Positions 1-11,500 of a stretch of 64,000 nt of DNA are shown here, piece after piece (the first letter of the stretch is position 1; every line of letters starts with the position of its first letter). The DNA is from Adineta vaga (lineage: Eukaryota; Animalia; Rotifera), in assembly GCA_021613535.1 (NCBI GenBank), contig CP075493.1, positions 10,478,001 to 10,542,000 on the forward strand, read 5' to 3'. The position numbers were made by a program, and so were the translations under genes. The notes beneath the pieces are model-generated. The model had not been told where the DNA came from and ran no database searches. It was given only the letters and a program-made list of their open reading frames with translations.

Positions 1-1706
1 AAAAAATTTCAACATTCATAAATTAATGATTACAAATTATTTATATATAAATATATGTGCACGTGAAATCTTGTTGTTGTTGTTGTTTTTGTTTGTTCTT
101 TCTTTTTTGAACTAATGAGAAGAAAAATGCATTGCATTAATTAAATTAACGAAAAGTCAAATAGAAAACGTACCTTTCTACTTGTACTTACTTTCAAAAA
201 ATCACTCGAGTTTTTTTATTGTATGAAGTATAAGAAATGCAAGTGGATTAGTGGATGAAGCAATCTAACTTATTCTTTTTAAGACTGTTCTAATACTTAT
301 TAGCAGATGAAGAATTCCTATATTTAATGAATAGAAGAGACAAAGTTTGAAGGATTATATATAATTATAAAAATCTTAATAAATCTTGTAAAATACATCA
401 TTTATATAAATTCAATATTAGTACAAATAATAAACGAGATATAACATTGAAAAAGTTATATTAATGCACAATAGATTCACCTAATTTATCATATTATATC
501 GACTTAACCAACAGATGGAGATAGTCATATATTCATAAAGTTCATTATGAGATCAATCAATGGATTTGTTCAATATCGATCCAATAAGTTTTCTTTCATA
601 AACAAATATAAAGAAAATATTTCATTGTAAAGCATTCAAGACATGAACAATGAGTGAACAATTTGATAATATTGTATATTGAAAAGAATTGACTTCCATT
701 TGAGAGAGAAACTATATATTATAAATATGAATTGACAGTCATTCCATTAGACGAGCACTATCATGTATTGCTCAAACTAGTACAACGAAAAATTAATATG
801 AACATACTCAAATGTTTAACTTTTAATTATTATACTCCATGATATCTTCAAAGAACATAACATAATATTGTGAAGAAATATCAATTATTCAAATATTGAT
901 ATTAAACTCGATTTCATTTATCTATGACATCAGTAACCACTTATAGTCATGGTTTCTTTTTTTCTTAAACAAAGTAGAGTAGATTTTTATAATTTCTTTA
1001 AATATTAGCAGTACCATTTCCGCAATGTAATCAGATGTGAGAAATAAATGTTAATTTTTTATTACGCCTACAACAACAACAAAAAATGTAATTTATAATG
1101 AATATTTTTCGTTATTCTTTCACGTAAAGCTTCATCAAACTATTTTTCTTCTCGCAAAATGATAGAAACATCAGATTGATAGCTCTGTAATTTCCGGTAA
1201 TTTCATTGTATTCAACGTTGATGATTTTATTTATGATCGTTCGAAATGCACACACTTCCGTACTTTGATTTGATCGTATTTATCATAGTCTATATTTACT
1301 AAGATACTAGAGAATGATGTGTCAATCTTGAATTCAAAATCTACTGTGAATGATGATGCTCAGCATATTGGAAAAACAAAGTTCGTTCAGTATATATATA
1401 GATATACAGTAAATTATTCTTTCTTTCTGATTACACATTTCAGATTTAATCTTGATATTTTAGTTATAAATTAATCAATAATAATAATGATGTCAATAAC
1501 AAAGAGAAAAATCTCTTTTGATATTTTGATATAAAGAGAAGAGATAATTATCTTTTATACATTGTCAATTGACAACAATTATTGTTTTCATATATGATAA
1601 ATAACAATAAAATATATTTAGTAAAAGCTAATGAATTACCTAAAGAAAAATTTCATTGAATAAATTATTAGAAAAATTCAATTATTCTTGATTTCATATT
1701 CTAGAA

Positions 1707-2362
1707 TTATTTATCACCTGTTGTCCCCATACCCATGACAGTTTTTAATGTATCATAAATCCACCATTGAAAACCAGTTAATGTTCCAATCATTAAAATT
1801 CGTGTCGGAAGATCTTTTCGACATAAATTAAAATAACCAAATTGTTTTGCAATATCTCTAATTGATCTATTTCTATATTCTGATTTAGCCATTAATGAAA
1901 CAAGTGAATCAGCTGGATGAGGAACAATAGCACAGATTATGCCAGCAATATAATCTGATGCAAATGTTAATCCTAATTGTGTACTTTTAGAATAATTTGA
2001 TTTTGGTAATGGAAATAAATTTGTATAGAAATATTGAACGACCTTTTAAGAAAACAAATATGATTATTTTAATATTTTCAAAATCGAAAATGAATAAATA
2101 CCTTTTCAAATGTATAGAATTTAGCGACAGTATAAGGAATTTGTCTTGACCATAAAGGAACAATTGATCCATATGGGATTTTTTGTAAAACTTGTATGTG
2201 TATTCATTTCAATAATTGCTGTTTTTAATGATGTTGGAAATGTTCCTGGTAAACTTGTTTGAATTTTAACTTTAACCATTTCCATTGGACAAAGTGCAAT
2301 ATCAGCAATAAATTCAGCTGATGCTACTCGTGCACACCAGATCCATCCTTTGTATTGTTGAG
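1707..2362 (-). pseudogene. Mitochondrial phosphate carrier (SLC25A3/MIR1 family), 5'-truncated and frameshifted
   Basis: Manual translation: SAEFIADIALCPMEMVKVKIQTS ... PYGSIVPLWSRQIPYTVAKFYTFEK|intron|...STQLGLTFASDYIAGIICAIVPHPADSLVS...LPTRILMIGTLTGFQWWIYD. Frameshift at the 6-T run near 2179-2184. No N-terminal third found upstream of ~2365. Confidence 0.8.
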
Positions 2363-2900
2363 AAATGTAAATAGTGATAAAATAAAAATGTGCTTCCTAT
2401 CAGTTAACCTTGTGATGATGGTTGACTAGTAATTGTTCGTCAGAAAAAATATTAATTTATCACTTGTATAAAATGTTTGCTATTTCAAACAACGAATATA
2501 TATATATATATGACATAAAGACAAAACGTATATACTGGAACATATTATTCGAGAAGAGCGCACATGCATACGTGCATGACAACAGAACAAAAGAGAAAAT
2601 AAATAGAATATGTACACAATGACGTTACTATAATTATACAAAGAACAAGATGAGAAAGCGACAATACACAATATTAGTTTAAAAAGAACTTGCGAAAATC
2701 TTATTGTATTGAGATGTCAAAAGATTTTTTTAAATAGAAAATACAGTCATGCCATTATCACAGAAACTTGCTGTGCTTATTTCTCTGCAAAAAAGAAGCA
2801 TGGGCAAGGATCCTCTTAGGGTTTCTATCTACACTATGAGCCCTACCTATGGGCAAAATATGAACCCTAACGGAGTGTATCAGTTGGAGAGGCTCCCTCG

Positions 2901-3191
2901 TGAAAATCTCTGAGATGACAAAATGCAAAAAATCATTATATTTTTCGTAGTTTTTTTCAGCAATTTTTCCGTTTATTTTAGGCTTGGTTATTGGAAGTGC
3001 ATAGATGTGACGTAACTTATTATGCATTATTTGAATACATATAAGAAGAAAATACGCAGGTTAGTAGAGGTTCCGACGCTCTTTCAAAATATATCATTAT
3101 TTTGTTAAAAAATTCTTTTTCTTTCGTCTATAGTTTCGATAAACATGTGATATACTAATTTTTTTGCATTTTGTCATCTCGGAGATTTTCA
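2901..3191. mobile_element. MITE-like element bounded by ~31-bp inverted repeats
   Basis: tgaaaatctctgagatgacaaaatgcaaaaaa (2901-2932) is the reverse complement, with 1 mismatch, of ttttttgcattttgtcatctcggagattttca (3160-3191). No clear TSD. Confidence 0.55.
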
Positions 3192-3990
3192 GTGGATTGG
3201 AGTTTTCAATCCAATAACCAAACATAAAAGAATGAGTAGTTAGTTATACAGGGTAAAACTCCATGGACTTTCAGAATATGTCATTGGTTTCAAAAAATCT
3301 CCTTTAAAAATAGCCAAACACATAAAATACCGACTGCAGCTTTTGCTTTCCAGAGGTATATATTAAACAAAAATAATTGATGATTTTAAAACATTCTCAC
3401 AATTAGATATTGATCAACTAACTCATAAAACAGCGTCGTCAATCAAATCATAGCATAATTAACTTGAAACAGCATTTAAACAAAATAGACATTTTTATCA
3501 AATGAAGCCAGACATATATTTGTTTTTCCCAATAAAGATACATTCAGTTTGATGTTTTTTTTACATTTTATTTGAAGATCCATGTATACTACGCTAGTAA
3601 ATTGTAAAAGTTTAGTTTGAATAAAAATAACATACTTCTAATATAAAATCTCCAATTAGTATTATGTTACTACGGTTACTTTTTTACATAATATTCACAA
3701 TATAAATATTAATAAAACTCGTTGTTCTATTTCTAAAATTATTATTGATTTAATTTATATTCTTAATAAAACATAAACTGGAACTCAACTGTTGAATAAA
3801 AATTTGTGAGCTACATAAACCAGATATCTCATGAAAGTAATAGTTACATTGATCAGGCCAAGTAGATATTTATTCGGATTATTTAAAAAAAAGTCAAAAA
3901 AATATATCTAGAACTCCTAACGATCATTGAGCTATCTCAAAATAAATACAATCAATTGATCGTGTTTCACCTTTTGAATCCCGTAAGAGA

Positions 3991-6900
3991 TTACGCTGAA
4001 AGCTTTTTTCTTGTACTCAAATCTTTAATGGCAAAATAAAGCAAGAAATTCATTGTGTTGCCATAGAGTTCGATTTTACTGAGTGTCTATATGAGAAAAT
4101 ACAGATAGATGTATAAAGAAATAATTACAATTACTGTATTATGTTGTAGAGCATTCGCTAGATGTTCTCCTCCGATATCGGTGATGTTGTTGCTTTCAAG
4201 ACTTAGTGTGGTCAATGTCTATTTGGAAAAAGCCCAGGTAATTAGTATATAAGATAGACGAAGAAAGAATGATAGTTACTGTATTAGTTTTTATAGCATT
4301 GGCTATATGTTGCGTTCCTTGATCTCCAATTTTGTTATCTGAAAGATTTAGTTTGGTAAGTATCTATGAAAAAAGAAGTATAAATAAATAGAATATTAGA
4401 TAGATGAAAAAGAATAGATACTACTGTATTATTTCGCACAACATCAGCTAGATATTGTGCTCCAACAACACCGATTTTATTGCGCTTGAGTTCAAGTGTA
4501 GTGAGTGTCTGTAAGCACATGTCCTTATAAAATGAAGAGAGATCAACTAGTTACCATGTTACTCTGTAAGGCACTCGCTAGATATTGTGCGCCAATAGGG
4601 CCGATTCTATTGAGTCCAAGGTCTAGTGTGATCAATGTCTGTAAGAACAAGTGTAGATCGATAATATAGGAGATAAACGAAGATGAAATGATAGTTACTG
4701 TATTAGTTTTTATAGCATTGGCTATATGTTGCACTCCTTGGTCTGTGACTTCATTAACTGACAAATCTAACATAGTTAACGTCTGTACAAAGAAATGAAG
4801 ATAATTGGCAAATGAGATGAAGCAAGAATCATAGCTAATACATTATTTAGTAATACATCAGCCAGATGAGGTATCACATTATCTGTAATTCTATTGGCAC
4901 CGATATTTAGTTCAGTAAGTGTCTATATGCAGGAGTGCAAGTAAGTAATCTATAAAATACATAAAGAAAGAATAAGTGTTACTCTGTTGTTTTGTAATGC
5001 GAGAGCCAGATGTTGTGCTCCTTCGTTTCCAATTTTATTATTGTACAGAGCTAGACTGGTAAGTGTCTGTTAGACGAAGTGAGAAGGACAGTGCAGATCG
5101 TGTTTCACAAAAACACTTACTACATTGTTTTGTAGCCCATTTGCTAGATGCTGTGCTCCAACAGCTCCAATATCATTATTTACAAGTCTTAATATGATAA
5201 GCGTCTAGAGTGAATAAAGGTAGACAGATGGCATATGAAATCTGAACATATAATGATAGTTACAGTAGTGTTACGTAAGAGATCACCTAGATATCGTCCT
5301 CCTTCATCACCAATGCTATTACCTGAGAGATCTAACATGGTGAGTGCCTATATGAAGAGATGTTAGCAAGTGATCTTTGATATAGATGAAAGAAGAATAA
5401 GAGTTACTGTATTATTTTGTAATCCATTAGCTAGATATTGTGCTCCTTCATCTCTAATTTTATTATTTCCCAGATCTAACGTGGTGAGTGACTATAAAAA
5501 GAGGTTTGAGCAAGTGATCTATGAGATCGGTGAAGGAAGAATAAGAGTTACTGTATTATTTTGTAATCCATCAGCTAGATATCGTGTTCCTTCATCTCCG
5601 ATTTTATTATACCGAAGTTTTAGTGTCTTGAGTGTCTACATGAAAAAGTGTGGCTGGGTGATATATGAAACAGAACAAGAGATAATGTTAATTACTTTAT
5701 TATTTTGTAATCCATTAGCTAGATATTGTGCTCCGCCGTCTCCAACTGTATTACTTTCGAGATCTAACGTAGTGAGTGCCTACAAAAAGATAAGTAAACA
5801 AGTGACCTATGAGGCCAATGAAGGAGGAATAAGGCTTACTATATTATTTCGTAATGCATCAGCTAGATATCGTGATCCTTCATGTCCAATTTTATTATAC
5901 CGAAGTTTCAGTGTCTTGAGTGTCTACATGAAAAAGTGTGGCTGGGTGATATATGAAATAGAAGAAGTGGCAGCGCTAATTACCTTATTGCTTTGTAATG
6001 CATTAGCAAGATATCCGAATTCTTCGTCTCCAACGGCACTACTTTCGAGATCTAACGTAGTGAGTACCTATAAAAAGACATATGACCAAGGGATCTCTGA
6101 GATCGGCGAAGGAAGAATAAGAGTTACTGTGTTATTTTCTAATGTATTGGCTAAATGCTGTGCTCTGATGAGTCCGATTTTATTATGTCGCAGTATTAGT
6201 GTCTTGAGTGTCTACATGAAAAAGTGTGGCTGAGTGATATATGAAATAGAAGAAGTGGCAGCGCTAATTACCTTATTGCTTTGTAATGCACTAGCAAGAT
6301 ATCCGAATTCTTCGTCTCCATTTTTATTACTTGAAAGATCTAACATAGTGATTGCCTATAAGAAAATATGTGACCAGATGATTTCTGAAATCGATGAAGG
6401 AAGAATAGGAATTACTGTGTTATTTTCTAGTGTATTAGCCAATTGTTGTATTTCTTCAATTTCAAATGTCTTGTGCCGAAGGTCGAGTGTCGTATGTGTC
6501 TGTATGAAAAAATACAAACGAACCATACATGAAATAGATAATGGGAAAATATGATAAGAGTTGTTCTACTAGTCCATTATGCATCAATCAAATCTTGTGA
6601 AAGAGTGTATGTAGGTACTTCAATCTTGCAATTGTCTATCATCTGAAAAGTACTTTCAACTAATCATGAAAGTATCAACGCTAAGAAAAGTCATAAAATC
6701 TAAGTAAGGTAGGAGTAATCTCTATATGTGAGTCCATATTCTGCTTAATTATGCATAAAATGACCGACGAAGTTTAAATTATCGATTAGATCATATAATC
6801 TGCTTCAGTTTTTGATATTCAGGAATGATGACGCATTGTTATTAACACCTGAAATATTTCTATAGATTATCTCGTGTCAGATATTGTGTGTAAATGTGAT

Positions 6901-7229
6901 TTAATATCAAAATGTGACTACAGGAAAAGTAGGTTTTTCTAAAAAATTTTTAATTTATCTATTTTGAATTTGGTAGAAAATGTATTTATTCAATTATAGT
7001 TTATCTAACTTCTCCGCTGTGAGAACGACAGGATCTTTAAAAATTGATGATAATTAGATGATTATGAGAAATTTACCTTATATCGATGATAACTATCCAC
7101 GATTGAGTTGAGCCTTTGGCAGACATTGCGCATTGAGAATATAATACTAAAAATACTCTGATGATCCAAAATCCAATAGACAAGTTCGACCGGTAATGTA
7201 AGAAAAGATGCGTTAGTTCTATTTGACAT
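3991..7229 (-). CDS. F-box + 17 RI-like leucine-rich repeats, one repeat per exon (~557 aa predicted)
   Basis: Exon 1 7229-7077 = MSNRTNASFLTLPVELVYWILDHQSIFSIIFSMRNVCQRLNSIVDSYHRYK (F-box). Phase-0 84-nt AG/GT-bounded exons at 6416-6499, 6272-6355, 6128-6211, 5984-6067, 5840-5923, 5696-5779, 5552-5635, 5408-5491, 5264-5347, 5121-5204, 4983-5066, 4842-4922 (81 nt), 4699-4782, 4555-4638, 4425-4508, 4280-4363, 4135-4218, each xLxxLxLxxNxIGxxGxxxLAxxLxxNx. Terminal exon 4086-3991. Confidence 0.88.
5264..6499. repeat. Tandem array of 144-bp exon+intron units with 288-bp higher-order period
   Basis: Nine exon starts are spaced exactly 144 bp apart (84 exon + 60 intron). Two intron types recur: ctacatgaaaaagtgtggctg... 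at 5636, 5924, 6212 and ...gaagaataagagttac-like at 5348, 5492, 5780, 6068, 6356. Confidence 0.9.
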
Positions 7230-7458
7230 TGGTCAAATTTACTGTGGTACGTGTTATTTTATCGTATATGTTGGTAAAATAGTATGTAGAGCTTTCTTTT
7301 CCAGTATTTAAACAAGTTGGTTATAGCGTATATTCGAATTGTTGTTATCTAGGTATTCTCCTTGTGTCTTCGTTCTGTTTCTATTCACATATATTCACAT
7401 TACGAAAATGTCTTTTTTGTTCTTTTCTCTGGGTATTTTTTCTTTTAGTGTCTCGTCT

Positions 7459-7594
7459 ACACTGAAAAACGAAAGAGTTATGAATTTGCAACGTATGATA
7501 AACCCTTTTTTTCATTTATCAACTGTCTCATAAGCGAATAAAGGGTTTATTATACGTTGTAAATGCATAAACCCTTTTCCGTTTATTAGGGTGT
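7459..7594. mobile_element. ~135-bp foldback (palindromic MITE-like) element upstream of the F-box/LRR gene
   Basis: Left arm acactgaaaaacgaaagagttatgaatttgcaacgtatgataaaccctttttt pairs imperfectly with right arm ataaagggtttattatacgttgtaaatgcataaacccttttccgtttattagggtgt. Confidence 0.6.
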
Positions 7595-8515
7595 CATTAA
7601 CGGTTTTACCGTTTATTATTCTTCTAATATTTTTTCGGTGTATTTTGATGTGAAAAGTGATGGATCTTTCCAAGTGTGTAATCTAAGAACATGTTCTATT
7701 TTATCTTTCATCAATTTGTTATAAAAAATAGCTGCTGCTTTTTCTTTTAAGAGAGAAGCAATCAGAATCTGTTTAATTGGTTTAAATTTCTCAATAAACT
7801 TTTTTCACGTATAATGCCTATAGAAGATATCTATTTTTCGCATGAAAAAATGTCATAAATTAAGACGTATTGCACTATGAGACTTGATGAACTCAATCGA
7901 TTAGTATCAGCAGCTTCTATTTAAATGACTGAAAGTCTTTAAAAACCAAGAATTTCGAAAAACACCATCGCGGCACATACCCAACTGCGATGGACATCTC
8001 TGATGAGATTTAATTTTCCTTTTATTTGATCATTATCTATTTATTATTGTCAATAAATAATAACCATTGATATACTAAATTATGCACAGAAGAAAAAATA
8101 AAAAGCTTAACGAATATGTAATCATTATTTATGCCGTCGTTTTAGAAAGTAAGGATCAATTCAAGTTTCATTCATAATGTTATTTCAAAATTAAACACTC
8201 GCAGAGTTTATCTATCATGGTTTAGTATAGATTTTTTCAATGATTCTTCGATGAATAACAAACAGAGTGCTATTTTAAGGATTTTATCCTAATCGACACC
8301 TGTTCGACATGGTAATATAGCAATTCGACTTACAATAAAAATGCGACTTTGTCTATGTTTTTTAAAATCCTTGCTATAATATAGAGTGTGGATAAGAATA
8401 TACACATCTATTCTCATCTTATTGAAGACGAGTAATTGACGTCAGTAAATACTTGTATAGTTATTGTAACTGTATTTATTTTTGTTAACAAGTGTATAAA
8501 GGAGTATTACGAAAG

Positions 8516-11500
8516 TCAGATATATAATATATGATTTTTAATTTTGACAGCTATTTTAGATTCATTGTGTTTATTCAAATAAAATGATTGACGTCGCTTT
8601 TCAATGACACACATGCGAAGATCTCGTTCATCTAGTAGGGAATCGTACTTAAAACGTATTAGGATATGTTGTAATTTTTTAAGATCGCTTAATAAGATAC
8701 CGACTAATGACATTGTATGATCAATTGAATAATCTTCTATGTCGATGGTATTCAAAGATGGAAAAGATTGAACCAGTTGCGATGCATATTTCAAAGGAAA
8801 ATAATAACCGTATCCCTTTATTTCTAGAGCATTGAGCCGTTTAAAAGTTTCAGTAAGTTTCGGATTAAAGAATATATTAGATGAGAACAGGAATGAACTG
8901 CTGATAAGAAGTATTTTCATATTGGAACACATTCTAAAAAAAAGACAAGTAAATATTTTTTACACTGTGGGTGTGGAGTATGACGGAAAGTCCAAACTTT
9001 TAATTCTATGCAAAGAATATATATATAAACAATTCTATGACAACAATATGGAATTATTCATCTGACTCACCTTTCCGGTTATTAGAAAATATTAACATAC
9101 ACTTTTAGGAAGATGGAACAAAATACAAAAATATATCTCTTAATATTTAGGTTAAACTTCATTGAAAAAATATTTATTTGTGAAGTTATACATAACTATT
9201 GTAATAATTGATATTTGAAAAAGAGAAAAGTACTAATCGATTCTTTCAATTGTTTTTTCATAACTCTTTTGTTTATGATTAGAATTGTTTAATCATAAAT
9301 TGATAAATAAAATAAACAATACATTAGATCGTAGAGATAATCATATGAGATATATTTTGTCTTCATTTCGATATATCTTTATTTGAATCTATTCGATTTA
9401 TGTAATAAAACAATCTGTCTATGTTTATTCGATCTTATTTGAAGATCGTACAGATAATAATCATCTATTTTTTTTTTTTTTTTTTTTTGGTAACAAAGCT
9501 TTATTGTAAAAAACGACAACACTGTAACATAAAGTCAACGGATGGTATTGTACTTCTACATAAGCTGGAGTAGAGAAAAAAAAGGGACACATGACATATG
9601 TCTTTTGTCCGTGAAATAGTAATAAGAACGAGAAAAATTTTATATGCCAATAGTGAGTGTAGATGGGGTGACGCGTGTAAAGTCTTACATATGTGGTAGA
9701 AGAAAAAGAAAAAGAAAACAGAAAACAGAAGATATAGTGGTACTATGTGGATAGATTGGAGAGGAAGAGAAAAGAAGCTGGATTGTATGTGACATGTTTT
9801 AAATCAGCAAATATATTGACTCGATTTCATATTGCATATAAGAACGAGCAAAGAATTTACTGGATATTGTAAGGATCAGCCAAGACGTTGACTCGATATC
9901 ATATTGTATATAAGAACGAGCAAAGAATTTACTGGATATTGTAAGGATCAGCCAAGACGTTGACTCGATATCATATTGTATATAAGAACGAGTAAAAGAA
10001 TTTGCTGTATACATGGATCGGTTTAAAGATTGGCTCGATATTATATTATATATAAGAATGCGATCAATAAATAACTGAATAGAACGAAAGAACGATACAG
10101 CATATAGATTGAATCGACTTCTTATTTTGTATAAGAACGAGTTAAACGAAGTAGCTGAATAGTATATTTGATTGCGATATATCGTTTTTTACATCGATTC
10201 GACTGACACAAGAATAGTCTATTCTCTCGATGTTACTATTATATGTAATGGTTGGTGATTTCTTTTTTTAAATTTTGTCTAAGATGCATTGTAGATGATT
10301 CTTCAGTGTAATGTCGTTGTTTGTTGTTGCCTTTTGAAGTGTATGTTTAAGTAGTCCTATTGCATAATCTTTGATTTTTGGAATGTTGCTGATCTTGTGG
10401 ATATATTTGACAGATGTATATATGGGTAGTCCGAGTGCAGCTCTAATTGCTTTATTCTGCATGATTTGTAAACGGTCCCATACTTTTTGATCAGCAGTAA
10501 GGAGAATAGGATGTCCATAAATGATAACTGTGCGTACAATTGATTTGAAAATATTTATCATCGTCTTATTGTTGGGTTCATATGCTGTTCTCGAAAGATA
10601 TCGAAGTAGACCGATCCGAGGAGCAATCTTGCTTTCAATATGTTCGAGATGTGCTCGCCATTTTAATCTTTTATCTATAATTACACCCAAGTAACGTGTG
10701 GAGTCCAGTGGTTTGATGATGGTGTCTTCAACTTTAACTTTCACTGGATTCTTGTAGTGTTTTCTTGGATGTATGCTGAAGTGTATCAGCTCTGTCTTAG
10801 TTGGTTGAAGTTTTAATTTCCATGACTTGCACCAACTTTCGAATGCATCTATGGATTGTTGTAATCTGGTGTTAAGATTTGTTAAGGTGGCCAGATGTCC
10901 ATAATGCAGTGTCGTCGGCGAACAACCCATGTTCTGTATGAGTTGGTATTCCATTCATCGAATCTGCCGTATACATAATATAAAGTAATGGTGATAACGG
11001 AGATCCTTGTGGTGTACCGCTCTTCAGATTAAACGGACGTGATAATATATTTTCGATTTCAATTGCAGCCGTTCTATTGCTTAAGAATGAGATCAGATAG
11101 TTGATGATGAAACAGGGAAGACGTAGATCATTAAGCTTGTATATCAAACCATCGTGCCATACCGAATCAAATGCGGCTTTGATGTCGAAAAGAATGACAG
11201 CTGAGTGACGTCGTCGACGTGGTCGTCTAAGTTGTCCTGCAGCGTATCTTTCTAATCGCACGATGTTGTATATAGTGCTTTTACTGGTCTAAATCCGGCT
11301 TGATGTTGTGGTAAGATGTTTCGTCGTTCAAGTTCGAGCATTAAACGTTGTTTGATTATTTTCTCCAATAGTTTGCCTAAGCAACTAAGGAGACTAATCG
11401 GTCGATAGCTAGACGGTTGTTGTTTGTCTTTCTTTGGCTTTAATAGAAGAATAATATTAGCCTTTTTCCACATTGCTGGAATATAACCTTGTTTCAAAAT

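Noticed and set aside
180-940. Coding-like composition at the window start
   Set aside because: Stops in all frames and no motif I can identify; possibly a very old pseudogene.
5370-6554. Long plus-strand repetitive ORFs (287 aa and 106 aa)
   Set aside because: Antisense shadow of the LRR array: the 144-bp unit is a multiple of 3, so one stop-free unit propagates. Both start at GTG, and splice signals and LRR consensus are on the minus strand.
9799-10014. 71-aa ORF with a 24-aa repeat (possible LINE ORF3)
   Set aside because: By-product of the 72-bp 3'-UTR repeat; the frame is not kept in the degenerate units.
9818-10145. CRISPR-like repeat/spacer appearance
   Set aside because: The first two 'spacers' are identical, there are no cas genes, and the context is a eukaryotic retrotransposon.
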